NCBI RefSeq assembly: GCF_006345805.1
Contig: NC_043010.1
Span: forward strand, 14,322,001 to 14,386,000
DNA length: 64,000 nt
Direction of reading: 5' to 3'
From: Octopus sinensis
Taxonomy: Eukaryota
Below, piece by piece: positions 1 through 11,058 of this stretch. The notes under the pieces were generated by a model. That model searched no databases and was not told the origin of the DNA. It worked only from the letters and a program-made list of their open reading frames with translations. Both the position numbers and the translations under genes were made by a program. The stretch's first letter is position 1, and each line of letters starts with the position of its first letter.

Positions 1-112
1 AGAAATGGCCTGAACTCTTTGTATGACCACCCTCCCTGTACATAACTCCCTGTCCCTCTACATGGCCTTGCTTTTGCTTTTTGAGCCAATAAAAATTGAA
101 TTGAATTGAAAT
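1..112 (+). mobile_element. CR1-type LINE 3' end with (ATTGA)n tail
   Basis: TGGCCTGAACTCTTT...CATGGCCTTGCTTTT...GAGCCAA matches the 3' end of the CR1 fragment at 39768-40202; ends in an ATTGA repeat. Confidence 0.75.
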
Positions 113-350
113 TCTCTTCTGTGTATGACAGACTTGTTGAATGTATTGATTGATATCATCAAGGTAGATTTAGCCCAAGTCAGTCAAGTGGCTCTGTCTG
201 TGACTGTCCTATATTTTTGTATACCTAGCACTACACTGTCCATTGTGTTCTTCCTTATAAGAATACGGGGTGTAATTTGAAGATTTAGCTGTTACTTCTA
301 GGAGGCTGAACCCCTCAAGTCTTCTTTTGTTGGCTTGACAGGAGGTATGG

Positions 351-654
351 AGGCACATGGCCAAGTGGTTAGAGCAGCGGACTTGCAGTTGAGGGATCGC
401 GGGTTCAAATCTCAGACTGGGCTGTGTGTGTGTTTATGAGTGAAACACCTAAGCTCCACGTGGCTCCGGCAGAAGGTAATGGCAAACCTCTGCTGACTCT
501 TTCGCCACAACTTTCTCTCACTCTTTCCTCCTGCATCTTGCAGCTCACCTGCGACGGACCGGCGTCCCGTCCAGGTGGGGAACCTATACGCCAAGGAAAC
601 TGGGAAACTGGCCCTAATGAGCCAGGCATGACTTGAGAAGGAACAAACAAAAAA
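351..654 (+). mobile_element. tRNA-derived SINE, family B, tail type 1
   Basis: A-box TGGCCAAGTGG and B-box GGTTCAAATC; 17-bp TSD CTTGAC(A/C)GGAGGTATGG at 334-350 and 655-671; homologous to 28568-29075. Confidence 0.85.
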
Positions 655-1574
655 CTTGACCGGAGGTATGGTAGTGGTCTGTGTTGTTTAGGAGCCAAGT
701 TTCTTGTTGGTTTATCTAAGATTGGAATTGTCTAGGAGATGTTGAGAGGATGTAACCGACATCATTTGCATGTGAGGTATGTTCTATAACATTTTGTTGA
801 CTGTATACGCTGCAGTAGGAATATCGATGATTGATGGGCTTGAATTTTATGAATCTTAAGTTGGATTCTTGGTATAAGTGGTTCCACAGGGCATTTCAAA
901 ATGCGAAAGTTTTGTTTTTTTTTAGTTCATTGACACGTGTGTTTTGCTGAGGTAATTGGAGATTTGAGCAATTATGTGCCATATTGTGTTAATTAGGTGT
1001 GTAAAGGAAACTGTCTGAAATTCTCACCTTTTCACTAAGCATGTAATTTCCTCCAACTTTAAATACAATGTTTGAATAACCAATAAACACACTCCACAGA
1101 TTTATATCTGCTTATATGAGAGACATGACTTTGGAGTTTAATCCTTATTAATTAATGAATGAATGATTTAAAAAATAAAAATTCATATTAATTCTTTGTG
1201 TTTAGTTTGAAACAGTCGCATACCAAAGAACTAATAAAGAAATATGAAAAATCCTTAATAAAAAAGATTAAATTTGAATACATGTGCTTTCTAATATGCT
1301 TGAAAGAAAAGCTGTTCCCTTTTTACACAGATGTTTCTAATTAAAACAAAAATTGCTTCTAATTAAAGAGTGTGTTATCATTTTTGTTGTCCACTTTCCC
1401 ATCCGTGCATACACATGCATGGATTGGATGGAATTTGCTGAGGCAGATTTTCTGTGACTTGATGCTCTTCCTCTCTCTCACTAATCCTCACCTATTTCCA
1501 GGTAAGGTTTACAATTACCACATGAAAGGAACACTTGTGCACGTGTGTGCACATGAACACATGTGCACACACAC

Positions 1575-1965
1575 TCACAATGGGCTTCTTTCAGGTTTCT
1601 GCCTACCAGATCCATGGCTATTGCAGAAGATTTGTCCAAGGTGCCATGCTGTGGGGATGAACCTGAAACCACGTGGTTGGGAAGCTAGCTTCTTAACCAC
1701 ATAGCCATGCTCGAGTGCATGTGTATGTATGCATATATTTATATTATTTTTTCTTTTACTCTTTTACGAGTTTCAGTCATTTGACTGTGGCCAGGCTGGA
1801 GCACTGCCTTTTAAAGAGTTTTTTTAGTTGAAGAAGTCAACCCCAGGACTTATTCTTGTAAGCCTAGGACTTATTCTATTGGTCTCTTGCTGGACCACTA
1901 AGTTACAAGGATATAAACATTCCAACATCTGTTGTCAAGTGATGATGGGTGGGGGGACACACATG
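1575..1965 (-). mobile_element. Two partial family A SINE fragments (5' half ~1575-1710, 3' half ~1752-1965)
   Basis: Diverged matches to the family A sequence seen at 4683-5098. Confidence 0.7.
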
Positions 1966-1974
1966 CATAAATAT

Positions 1975-2019
<45 letters not shown>

Positions 2020-2435
2020 TACACACATATGTATGTACCTGTCCTTTGGACGGTTTAAGTTGCTTTCGTGGTACTAGCCTCGGTTTGGTTGCCATTAACC
2101 GTCAAAGCGAAACGTGCATACAGTTTTCGTCCAAGGACTGTTTTATAGATATAGATTAGGTATTAAGCATTATCGCTCTTTCATCATATTTCGAAAAGTC
2201 CCCTTGAGTCGATGAAAAATCACTCTTTTTGCCATAGCAACCACATCTTTATAGCTTGCGAACTTTAACCATCGTGCATCTCATCCTCACCACGCATTTA
2301 GGGTTCAGTTTCACTGCCAATTTTCAGCTCGATCCTAGCCTTGGTATGGCTGCCATTAAGTGTCAAAGCAAAATATGCATACAATTTTTGTCCAAGGACT
2401 ATTTTATAGATATAGAAATATATAATATATATAAT

Positions 2436-2830
2436 GTCCGTTGCCAGCCTTGCCTGGCCCCCGTGCCGGTGGCATGTAAAAGCACCATCCGTTCATGTCC
2501 GTTGCCAGCCTCGCCTGGCCCCCGTGCCGGTGGCACGTAAAAGCACCATCCGTTCGTGTCCGTTGCCAGCCTTGCCTGACCCCCCATGCCGGTGGCACGT
2601 AAAAGCACCATCCGTTCGTGGCCGTTTGCCAGCTCTGTCCGGCACCTGTGCGGGTGGCACGTAAAAAGCACCCACTAAACTCATGGAGTGGTTGGCGTTA
2701 GGAAGGGCATCCAGCCGTAGAAACACTGCCAGATCTGACTGGGCCTGATGAAGCCTTCCGGCTTCACAGACCCCAGTTGAACCGTCCAACCCATGCTAGC
2801 ATGGAAAGCGGATGCTAAATGATGATGATG
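2436..2830 (+). mobile_element. Family D SINE-like element with (GAT)n tail and 5' tandem 61-bp units
   Basis: Units start at 2436, 2497, 2558, then GTTGGCGTTAGGAAGGGCATCCAG...CCCATGCTAGCATGGAAAGCGG...GATGATGATG, shared with other copies in the window. Confidence 0.8.
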
Positions 2831-2832
2831 AA

Positions 2833-2985
2833 TGGGCTTCTTTCAGTTTCTCTTTACCAAATCCACTCACAAGGCTTTGGTTGGCCCGAGGCTATAGAAG
2901 ATACTTGCCCCTGGTGTCACACAAAGGGACTAAAGCTGGAACTATATATTTGGGAAGCAAGCTTCTTAACACCCATCCATGTCTG
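2833..2985 (-). mobile_element. Partial family A SINE (5' half)
   Basis: GGGCTTCTTTCAGTTT...CCAAATCCACTCACAAGGC motif. Confidence 0.7.
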
Positions 2986-3783
2986 TGCCTGTATATGAAT
3001 TACTTCTAATTAGAAATTTCATCTGATATCAGTTAATCAGGGTAAGTCCTTGTGTATTTTTAGAGGAGAGAGATATGTATGAAAGACTGATTAGTTCTCA
3101 GCTTAATTCCCATTTTTTGTTCTACCGGTCACTTTGCGTACATTTTGGTTTCTATAAATGAATTCCTTATCACATTTATTGATCTCGCTTCATGATATTT
3201 TCGTACTTTGTGTGTAGATTTACATTTGTTGAGGCAAGATTGCTCAACAAACAAAATATTGGACTTCAATCAGCTTTTGTTTCACTGGTTGAAATCCATT
3301 GCAGGCTTTTACTGTTATCTCTGAGAGGCGTGATACTTTATTTTTTTTTATCGATCCACCTCGTTTAGTTGTTGCGGTTTAAACACTTATCAGTATTGAG
3401 TAAAGTTAGTTGTTGCAAACTGGTATTCCACCGCCAGGGGAAGTCTGTTTTCTCATCCGTTTAATGCCAGAGAATGTAGTTGAAGTTAGTTAAATATTGG
3501 CATCTGTAGATGCTTGGTGGAAAGTTAAGTAAATGCTTTGTAGCTGATTTGTATATTTAATGTTCTCTGATATCGTTGACATTGTTTTAACATCCACTTT
3601 TCCATGCTTGCATGGATTGGATGGAGTTTACTGAGACAGATTTTTCTGTTTCCTGGATACCATTCCGGTTGCCATCCCGTACCCGTTTCGGAGCAAGGTA
3701 ATATTTCCCCTAGGCCAGACATGTTTTCACAGAATATTGGAAATTGACATTCATTTACAACAATCACGTGATGTCAAGACTAG

Positions 3784-3935
3784 GATACCTATTTCTTTAC
3801 TACCCACAAGGGGCTAGACATAAAGGGGACAAACAAGGACAGATAAATGGATCAAGTCGATTACATCGACCCCAGTGCGTAACTGGTACTTAATTTATCG
3901 ACCCTGAAAGGATGAAAGGCAAAGTCGACCTCGGT
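3784..3935 (-). mobile_element. Family C SINE body and tail without tRNA head, fused to U6
   Basis: Reverse complement reads ACCGAGGTCGACTTTGCCTTTCATCCTTTCAGGGTCGATAAA...GGGTAGTAAAGAAATAGG, matching the 3' part of the intact copy at 27521-27752. Confidence 0.9.
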
Positions 3936-4043
3936 AAAAAATATGGAACGCTTCACGAATTTGCGTGTCGTCCTTGCGCAGGGGCCATGCTAATCTTCTC
4001 TGTATCATTCCAATTTTAGAAAAAGTACCGCCGTAGCTAGTAC
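3936..4043 (-). pseudogene. U6: Full-length U6 snRNA retrocopy (108 nt)
   Basis: Reverse complement: GTACTAGCTACGGCGGTACTTTTTCTAAAATTGGAATGATACAGAGAAGATTAGCATGGCCCCTGCGCAAGGACGACACGCAAATTCGTGAAGCGTTCCATATTTTTT. ACAGAGA box, AGC triad and ISL are recognisable. The upstream flank is a decayed SINE rather than PSE/TATA, and there is an internal T5 run. Confidence 0.93.
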
Positions 4044-4682
4044 AAGACTAGAATAACCCCCACACAACTATAGTGGAAGACCCTTGACAAGGTGTCACAC
4101 AGTGAAACTGAACCCTAAACCATGTGATTGAACCCTAAGCTTTTTGTCCACAAAGCTAGGTCTTTATTGTGCTGCTACTGTATAAGTCAGAGATTTAGAA
4201 ATGCAATATTTCTAATATTTTATTTACTTGTCAGAAACTGTCCCTTAACAATAAATGCCCCTATGGCATTTTACTTTATGTATGGATGCAAATACTGACA
4301 GTTAAGATGCCATACATTGGTAGTTAACCTTCCGTATGGTACAAATAACTGGCTGTTGGGATACCAAACTGATTACTCTAATTACTCTAATTTCACCCAG
4401 TGAAGTAAGCATGGTTGGTTTAAAAATCTTGATCTGACTTCTCTAACTTTCCATTGGTTTTGTTCACTGTCACCATACACACGTCTAAATCAACTTTTTC
4501 ATCTCTTTATTTGTTGATTCCATTACAGTTCAGATATGAAGCTCACTGTTTTGTGTTCTCCTAATTTATAGTGTTTTTGGTACAGGCATTGGTACAAATA
4601 TTGAGACAGAGAAGAAGTTAGCAACAGGGTAGATTTAAAAACTTTTTTTTTTTTACATCAGTATCAAAAATGCTATAATTAT

Positions 4683-5098
4683 GGAGTGGCTGTGTGGTAA
4701 GTAGCTTGCTAGCCAACCACATGGTTCCGGGTTCAGTCCCACTGCGTGGCATCTTGGGCAAGTGTCTTCTGCTATAGCCCCGGGCCGACCAATACCTTGT
4801 GAGTGGATTTGATAGACGGAAACTGAAAAAAGCTTGTCGTATATGTGTATATATATATATATATGTGTGTATGTGTGTGTGTGTTTGTGTGTCTGTGTTT
4901 GTCCCCCTAGCATTGCTTGACAACCGATGCTGGTGTGTTTACGTCCCCGTTACTTAGTGGTTCGGCAAAAGAGACCGATAGAATAAGTACTGGGCTTACA
5001 AAGAATAAGTCCCGGGGTCGATTTGCTCGACTAAAGGCGGTGCTCCAGCATGGCCGCAGTCAAATGACTGAAACAAGTAAAGAGAGTAAAGAGAGAGT
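4683..5098 (+). mobile_element. Family A CORE-like tRNA SINE, full length
   Basis: TGGCTGTGTGG A-box, GGTTCAGTCCC B-box, CORE-like TCTTGGGCAAGTGTCTT, internal (TA)n(TG)n tract, GAGTAAA-repeat tail. Confidence 0.9.
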
Positions 5099-5421
5099 AT
5101 TATAACGGTAGCAGTGGTTGTCTGCTATCTTCTGAGTTCCAATCTTTTATCAATCACGAGTTTATATAAACTATCAGACACCTATTTGGCCATGTGCAAA
5201 TTTATGGCCTCATGCCATTGTAAGAAATTCTCAAGCGAAATCTATGGCAACAGAATTTCTGATTAGAAAAAAAAAAAAAACCCATCCTTGTGGAATTTAC
5301 TTTGTTAGACAAATCACACTGAAATGAACCCTGACTTTCTGTACTGGGGCCAATTAAATAGATTATACTCTTCCCTCCAAATCTGTGGTCTTGTGTCATT
5401 ATTGATATATAATTAAAAAGT

Positions 5422-5805
5422 GGAGGCGCAATGGCCCAGTGGTTAGGGCAGCGGACTCGCGGTCATAGGATCGCGGTTTCGATTCCCAGACCGGGCGTTG
5501 TGAGTGTTTATTGAGCGAAAACACCTAAAGCTCCACGAGGCTCCGGCAGGGGATGGTGGTGATCCCTGCTGTATTCTTTCACCACAACTTTCTCTCACTC
5601 TTACTTCCTGTTTCTGTTGTACCTGTATTTCAAAGGGCCGGCCTTGTCACTCTCTGTGTCACGCTGAATATCCCCGAGAACTACGTTAAGGGTACACGTG
5701 TCTGTGGAGTGCTCAGCCACTTACACGTTAATTTCACGAGCAGGCTGTTCCGTTGATTCGGAACAACCGGAACCCTCGTCGTCGTAACCAACGGAGTGCT
5801 TCCAC
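5422..5805 (+). mobile_element. tRNA-derived SINE, family B, tail type 2
   Basis: Same head and body as 351-654 but a different 3' ~190 bp; flanked by ATAATTAAAAA on both sides (TSD). Confidence 0.85.
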
Positions 5806-6004
5806 ATAATTAAAAAAAAAAAAAACAGGTTTTGGCTAAATGAGAAAGCAAACACATCTGCAAATGATATCCAAAGATGCTGTGTATTGTCTAAAAGGTT
5901 GTAGATTTGTCATCTTTTGGTCTCGCACACACATATAACATAAAGATATAGAACCATCCTTATATGATATAATATATGCCATGTAAAATTTTTTTTTCTG
6001 ACAT

Positions 6005-6378
6005 TTACTCTTTTACTCTTTTACTTGTTTCAATCATTTGACTGCGGCCATGCTGGAGCACCGCCTTCTAGTCGAGTAAATCGACCCCGGGACTTATTCT
6101 TTGTAAGCCTAGTACTTATTCTATCAGTCTCTTTTGCTGAACCGCTAAGTTACGGGACGTAAACACACCACCATCGGTTGTCAAGCAATGGTGGGGGATA
6201 AACACAGACACACAAACATATATACAACGGGCTTCTTCCAGTTTCCGTCTACCAAATCCACTCACAAGGCATTGGTTGGCCTGGGGCTATAGCAGAAGAC
6301 ACTTGCCCAAGATGCCACGCAGTGGGACTGAACCTGGAACCATGTGGTTGGTTAGTAAGCTACTTACCACACAGCCAC
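6005..6378 (-). mobile_element. Family A SINE
   Basis: Near full-length reverse match to 4683-5098. Confidence 0.9.
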
Positions 6379-6385
6379 CAATGAC

Positions 6386-6525
6386 TTTCAGTTTCTGTCT
6401 ACCAAATCCTCTCACTAGGCTTTGGTTGGCTTGGAGCAAGACACTAGCCTAAAGTGCCATGCAGTGGGACTGAACCAGAAACCATGTGGTTGGGAAACAA
6501 ACTCTTTTTTTTACCATACAGCCAT
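6386..6525 (-). mobile_element. Partial family A SINE (5' half), tandem to the previous copy
   Basis: TTTCAGTTTCTGTCTACCAAATCC...CCATACAGCC. Confidence 0.75.
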
Positions 6526-7439
6526 AACCTTTAAGAGATTATGACCATGAACTGTGTCCTCATTACATTTGTACACTTGTGTGAATCTGGATTCAATTCT
6601 GTTTTGTTAAGACAAAACCCACCTGAATCCAGAAGCAGACCTGCACATTGATTTGCAAAGTAAAAAAAACCCAAAATCTCCGTTTTGACAGTATGAATGA
6701 GAAGCAGGAACAAAGTCATTGAATTTTATTTACAGTTGGGATAGATTTCACTGTTTAAACTTTTCCTTCAAATTGCTCAATTCATTCACATTTATTCACA
6801 TATATTCACATTTCATGTGCTGAGTGAAGAAAGGCTTACTGTTTGAATTCAGTTTGTTCACTCACAGCACTTATTGTATTAGATTTTAATCAAATATAAA
6901 TTAGCTATTAGAGTATTGATTTTTTTTTTTCCTTCCCATCTTCAAATGTGATATTTTTGTTGGGAGTACCAGAATTTAAAATTCCCTAGGGGTTTAGGGT
7001 TACAGAGAAAGTTTGGGAACCACTGATGTCGAAGCACTGTCCATTTCCTATCTTCTAATGAAAACATGTTTGGATTTGAGGAAATATTACCTTGATGTTT
7101 AGTCCCAGGTCAGTCCTGATACAGACCAAAGCTATTCAAGCCTCGACTATCTAGTCTTTTTCAAGAATAGTGTACTCCAGGCCACATTATCCAAAAGATC
7201 AATGTTGCTGTCACCGTTGATAGTGACAGTGTCGGACAAGTCGAGAAAGTTGATAGGGTTGGTGCTATCAATTCAGTGTCGAAATTCTAATTAACAAGAA
7301 ATCCTGAAAACAAATGAGCAGAGCAAATCCAATGAATTTGAATTCATTCAGATTTTGTTTCACTGAATTTTGATTGAATTTCAAATTAGAATAGGAGTGG
7401 CTATATATATATTTATATATATATATATATATATATTCT

Positions 7440-7782
7440 TTTATTATTTTACTTGTTTCAGTCATTTGACTGCAGCCATGCTGCACCACTGCCTTTAGTC
7501 AAGCAAATTGACCCCAGGACAGCTTCTTTGTAAGCCTAGTACTTATTCTATCGGTCTCTTTTGCTGAACTACTTACTGGGACGTAAACACACCAGCATTG
7601 GTTGTCAAGCGATGTTGTGGGACAAACGTACACATACACATGACAGGCTTCTATCAGTTTGTCTACCAAATCCATTCACAAAGCTTTGGTCAGCCTGAAG
7701 CTATAGTTAGACACATGCCCAAGATGCCATGCAGTAGGACCGAAGCCGGAACCATGTGTTGGTAAGCAAGCCACTTACCACA
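7440..7782 (-). mobile_element. Family A SINE
   Basis: Diverged reverse match to family A. Confidence 0.85.
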
Positions 7783-8396
7783 AAAACAAAATGCCTTTTT
7801 TCCATCTGAGTATTGGATGGTGATGATGGGGGTAAACTGCCTTTTTGTAGGTTTGGAATTTCCATTTCAAAAAGAAAAGTCACATGCAAGAAAAAGAAAC
7901 AAAAAACTTATGGTTTGCCTCCATCCTCTATCTTCAAGTGGGTGAGCTGGTTGGTCCAAGTCAAGAGGGTTGATTGATCTTTGATGTGGCCATAATAACA
8001 TTCATACAAAGTTTTGTATTCAAAATTTCAATAGATGATGTAAACTTATAGGTGTGTATGTGTGTGCATGAAGAGAGAGTGAGAATTACTTATGAGTAAT
8101 CTGTCAGAAATACTAACAGAAAGTGAACCCTATAGCCTATTTATGGATATATATATATAAACACCATTGTTTATCCTCTGTCAGCAAGGTGTGTTCGTGT
8201 TTGCAAGTAGATCACAGCTATTCTACTATAAACTGTTATGCGTAAGTCAAAGGGTTGCTTAAAAAATAGTTGATGTGCTAAGAAAATGTGTTTGATCTGT
8301 GCACTTACGTCACCTGTTATTGTTTATAGCCCTAGACCAGCTTGATTGTGCAGACCTATTATGAACGGCGTTATAGCCTTGACCATCCCGTCTTTT

Positions 8397-8803
8397 GGAT
8401 CTTTTCGGTTTGAACGGCAGTTTTTTAAAAATAATTTCCACGTAACTAAACAGTTTTAAGCTTTGTATACTGGTAGAATGTGTTTATAAAACATCTTTTT
8501 CTCTTGGCTTTATTGAGAAAATTCTATGGTTTGTAAGATATTTGTTGTTTTTTCTTCAATTTCTGCAATTTCAAACAATCAATGTCATCTATTGAGGTAA
8601 AAAAAACATTCTGTGCCGTGTGAATATGTCCCTCGTTTAAGAAACAGATTGAGTTTATTTACATTTGTGAAGAAAAAAAGATACCTTTCCCCCTAACCCT
8701 AAAACAGATTGAAATGCAATAGATCGATACGAGGGTCATAATTATGGGTGACAATTTCATATGACACCGCTAGAAAAAACTGCCATTCAAACCGAAAAGA
8801 TCC
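8397..8803 (+). mobile_element. hAT-type MITE (~410 bp, GGATC termini)
   Basis: TIR GGATCTTTTCGGTTTGAACGGCAGTTTT / AAAACTGCCATTCAAACCGAAAAGATCC; 8-bp TSD CGTCTTTT/CATCTTTT. Confidence 0.88.
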
Positions 8804-8942
8804 CATCTTTTTATCTGATGACAGTGTATTTTAGAATCACATTTTATTCAGTGTCTTTTATTTGTTTCTTTTGATATATTTTTTAATCACTGTATGTATT
8901 GAGGAATATTTCTAGCAAGGTCGGTTTGTTGTCATGTTGGCT

Positions 8943-9258
8943 GGGATCTTTTCACTTTGGCCGGCAGATTTTAAAAATACTTTCTAGGTAACTAAAAAAT
9001 TTTAAACTTCGTATACTGGTAGAATGTGTTTATAAAACACTTTTTTTCTCTTGGCGTTCTTGAGAAAATTCTATAGTTTGTAACATATTTGTTGTTTAAT
9101 TTCTTGCATTTCGGCAATTTCAACCAATCAATGACGTCTCAATAAAGCCAAGAGAAAAAGATGTTTTATAAACGCATTCTACCAGTATACGAAGTTTAAA
9201 ATTTTTTTAGTTACCTAGAAATTATTTTAAAAATCTGCCGGCCAAAGTGAAAAGATCC
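8943..9258. mobile_element. Fold-back derivative of the GGATC hAT MITE (two left ends)
   Basis: ~120-bp inverted arms, both matching the left end of 8397-8803; perfect 8-bp TSD TGTTGGCT. Confidence 0.85.
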
Positions 9259-9399
9259 TGTTGGCTGTGTTTTCTCTCTCTGTCCTGTCTCTGATGCCAC
9301 ACAGATTTTTCTGTTCTTTTATTTTAGTTATTTGAAAGTTACGTAGAATTGTGTGATTATGTTGAGATTAAAACGAAACAATGGCTTGGATAAACACAC

Positions 9400-9720
9400 A
9401 CACACACACACACACACTCACTGACGCACGCTTACTGATAATGTGTGATGAAAAGAATTTATTATTCAACTGTTGATGACTTCAGTTCCGTTACTATATT
9501 GGAATGTCCTGGTTTCAGTTTTGAAATAGTTATTTTCTATATAGCCCCTCCCCCCCCCGAGTTTGTTTGTATGTATGTTTGTGACGTCATTCACTTTCCT
9601 CTGGCGTAAACATTTGAGTGTTTGTGGGTGCGTGGTAGTGGTGGTGGTGAGGGCTTCGGTCTTCTTCATTTATCTCTCGCGTGTCTCCTGACCAGAATAT
9701 TTGGTAGATTATTAACGAAT
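9400..9720. promoter_or_regulatory. CpG-containing promoter-like segment with a CRE palindrome
   Basis: TGACGTCA at 9582-9589, C-rich tract and several CpGs in unique sequence; function not demonstrated. Confidence 0.25.
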
Positions 9721-9721
9721 G

Positions 9722-10143
9722 GGATCTTTTCAGTTTGAACGGTAGTTTTTTTCTAGCGGAGTCATATGAAATTGTCACCCATAATTATGACCCTAGTATT
9801 GATCTATTGCATTTCAATCTGTTTTAGGGTTGGTTAGGGGTGTGGGGTAAGGGTATCTTTTTTTTTCTTCAGAAATGTAAATAAACCCAATCTGTTTCTT
9901 AAATGAGGGACATATTCATACGGCACAGAATGTTTTCACCTCAATAGACGTCATTGATTGGTTGAAATTGCAGAAATTGAATAAAGAAAAAAACAGCAAC
10001 TATCTTACAAACTAAAGAATTTTCTCAATAAAGCCAAGAGAAAAAGATGTTTTATAAACACATTCTACCAGTATACGAAGTTTAAAAGTGTTTAGTTACG
10101 TGGAAATTATTTTAAAAAACTGCCGGTCAAACCGAAGAGATCC
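9722..10143 (-). mobile_element. hAT-type GGATC MITE, inverted relative to 8397-8803
   Basis: Same TIRs; TSD AACGAATG/AATGAATG. Confidence 0.88.
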
Positions 10144-10986
10144 AATGAATGTATGAGAGGATAGGTAAACTCTGGACACCGGCCTGCTTCTCTCTGGTTT
10201 ACTACACCAGCTTTATTTGGTGGGCTACTTGGAGGCTATTTCCACTTAGTAATCTAGCATGACCACCACTCCACCTCTCTTTCATTTTATTTATTGGTAT
10301 AGTGGTTATGGCGAAAATGTTGTCTGTGTGCTGGTGCTGACTGATCTACACCCCTGCTACCGCTCAGTTGTTGACACCGGCTTCTTCTCCCCCACCCCTG
10401 TTGGACCCTAGCACAACCTAGTTTATTTTAAGCTTCACTGGCGTTTTCAGATTAGATCATGTACAGTAATTCAGGATTTGTGTGTGTGCGTGTGTGTGTC
10501 TAGATGCTGGTTTCCACACCAGCTTTTGATTCTTTTGTTCAAAATATATGAAAGTACTGTGTGTGCCTGTGTACATGCTCCCCTCTGTTTCAACGAGCTT
10601 TTGTTCCAAGGTTTGTTTTGCGTTCAACCTGGGGGTCTTTGTTACATTTACTCCTATTATAGCCTTCAAGTTTTACACACTTTTTCATTCGTAAATTTTG
10701 ATTGTAGATTATGTAAACCACCCCATTGATAATAGTTCTTTTGTCTGTCTGTCTTCATAATGTCCTATGATTATAAAATGCTTGATTTTAATTGAAATCT
10801 TAGGTTTGGGATTATCTCAAATATAACAAACTGTATGCACTCTGTACTGAGATTATGGGTATATGAACTGCATACATTTTGTCAATGAAGTTATCTATGG
10901 TCACATTTGCCTATGTTACTTTATGTGGAAGGGTAGTATAGTACCCTATTCATGTATTGGGTACTTTATATTTTCAAAAGCAAAGT

Positions 10987-10990
<4 letters not shown>

Positions 10991-11056
<66 letters not shown>
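10991..11056. repeat. (TA)n microsatellite
   Basis: Pure TA run of about 65 bp. Confidence 0.95.

Positions 11057-11058
<2 letters not shown>

Noticed and set aside
690-900. Possible ancient RT remnant (minus strand TSHANDV similar to SYADD)
   Set aside because: Too degenerate to support without an HMM search.
2744-2765. CTGATGA hammerhead-like word
   Set aside because: It arises by point changes from CTGGTGCAGCC in family D; no GAAA or stems.
3045-3520. Possible LINE remnant (minus strand TSPGGGIP similar to KSPGxDGIP)
   Set aside because: A single weak motif amid many stops.
3936-4043. Functional U6 gene
   Set aside because: No PSE/TATA upstream (the flank is a decayed SINE), an internal TTTTT would terminate Pol III, and it is bounded by a TSD and fused to a SINE.
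4618-4923. Recurring ORF MSSNARGTNTDTQTH.../...EDTCPRCHAVGLNPEPCGWL seen more than 10 times
   Set aside because: It is the antisense reading of the family A SINE, with length set by the internal microsatellite; not a gene family.
5422-5495. Genuine tRNA genes at SINE heads (also 351, 27521, 57511)
   Set aside because: A/B boxes are present but acceptor and anticodon stems do not pair properly, and each continues into a repeat body.
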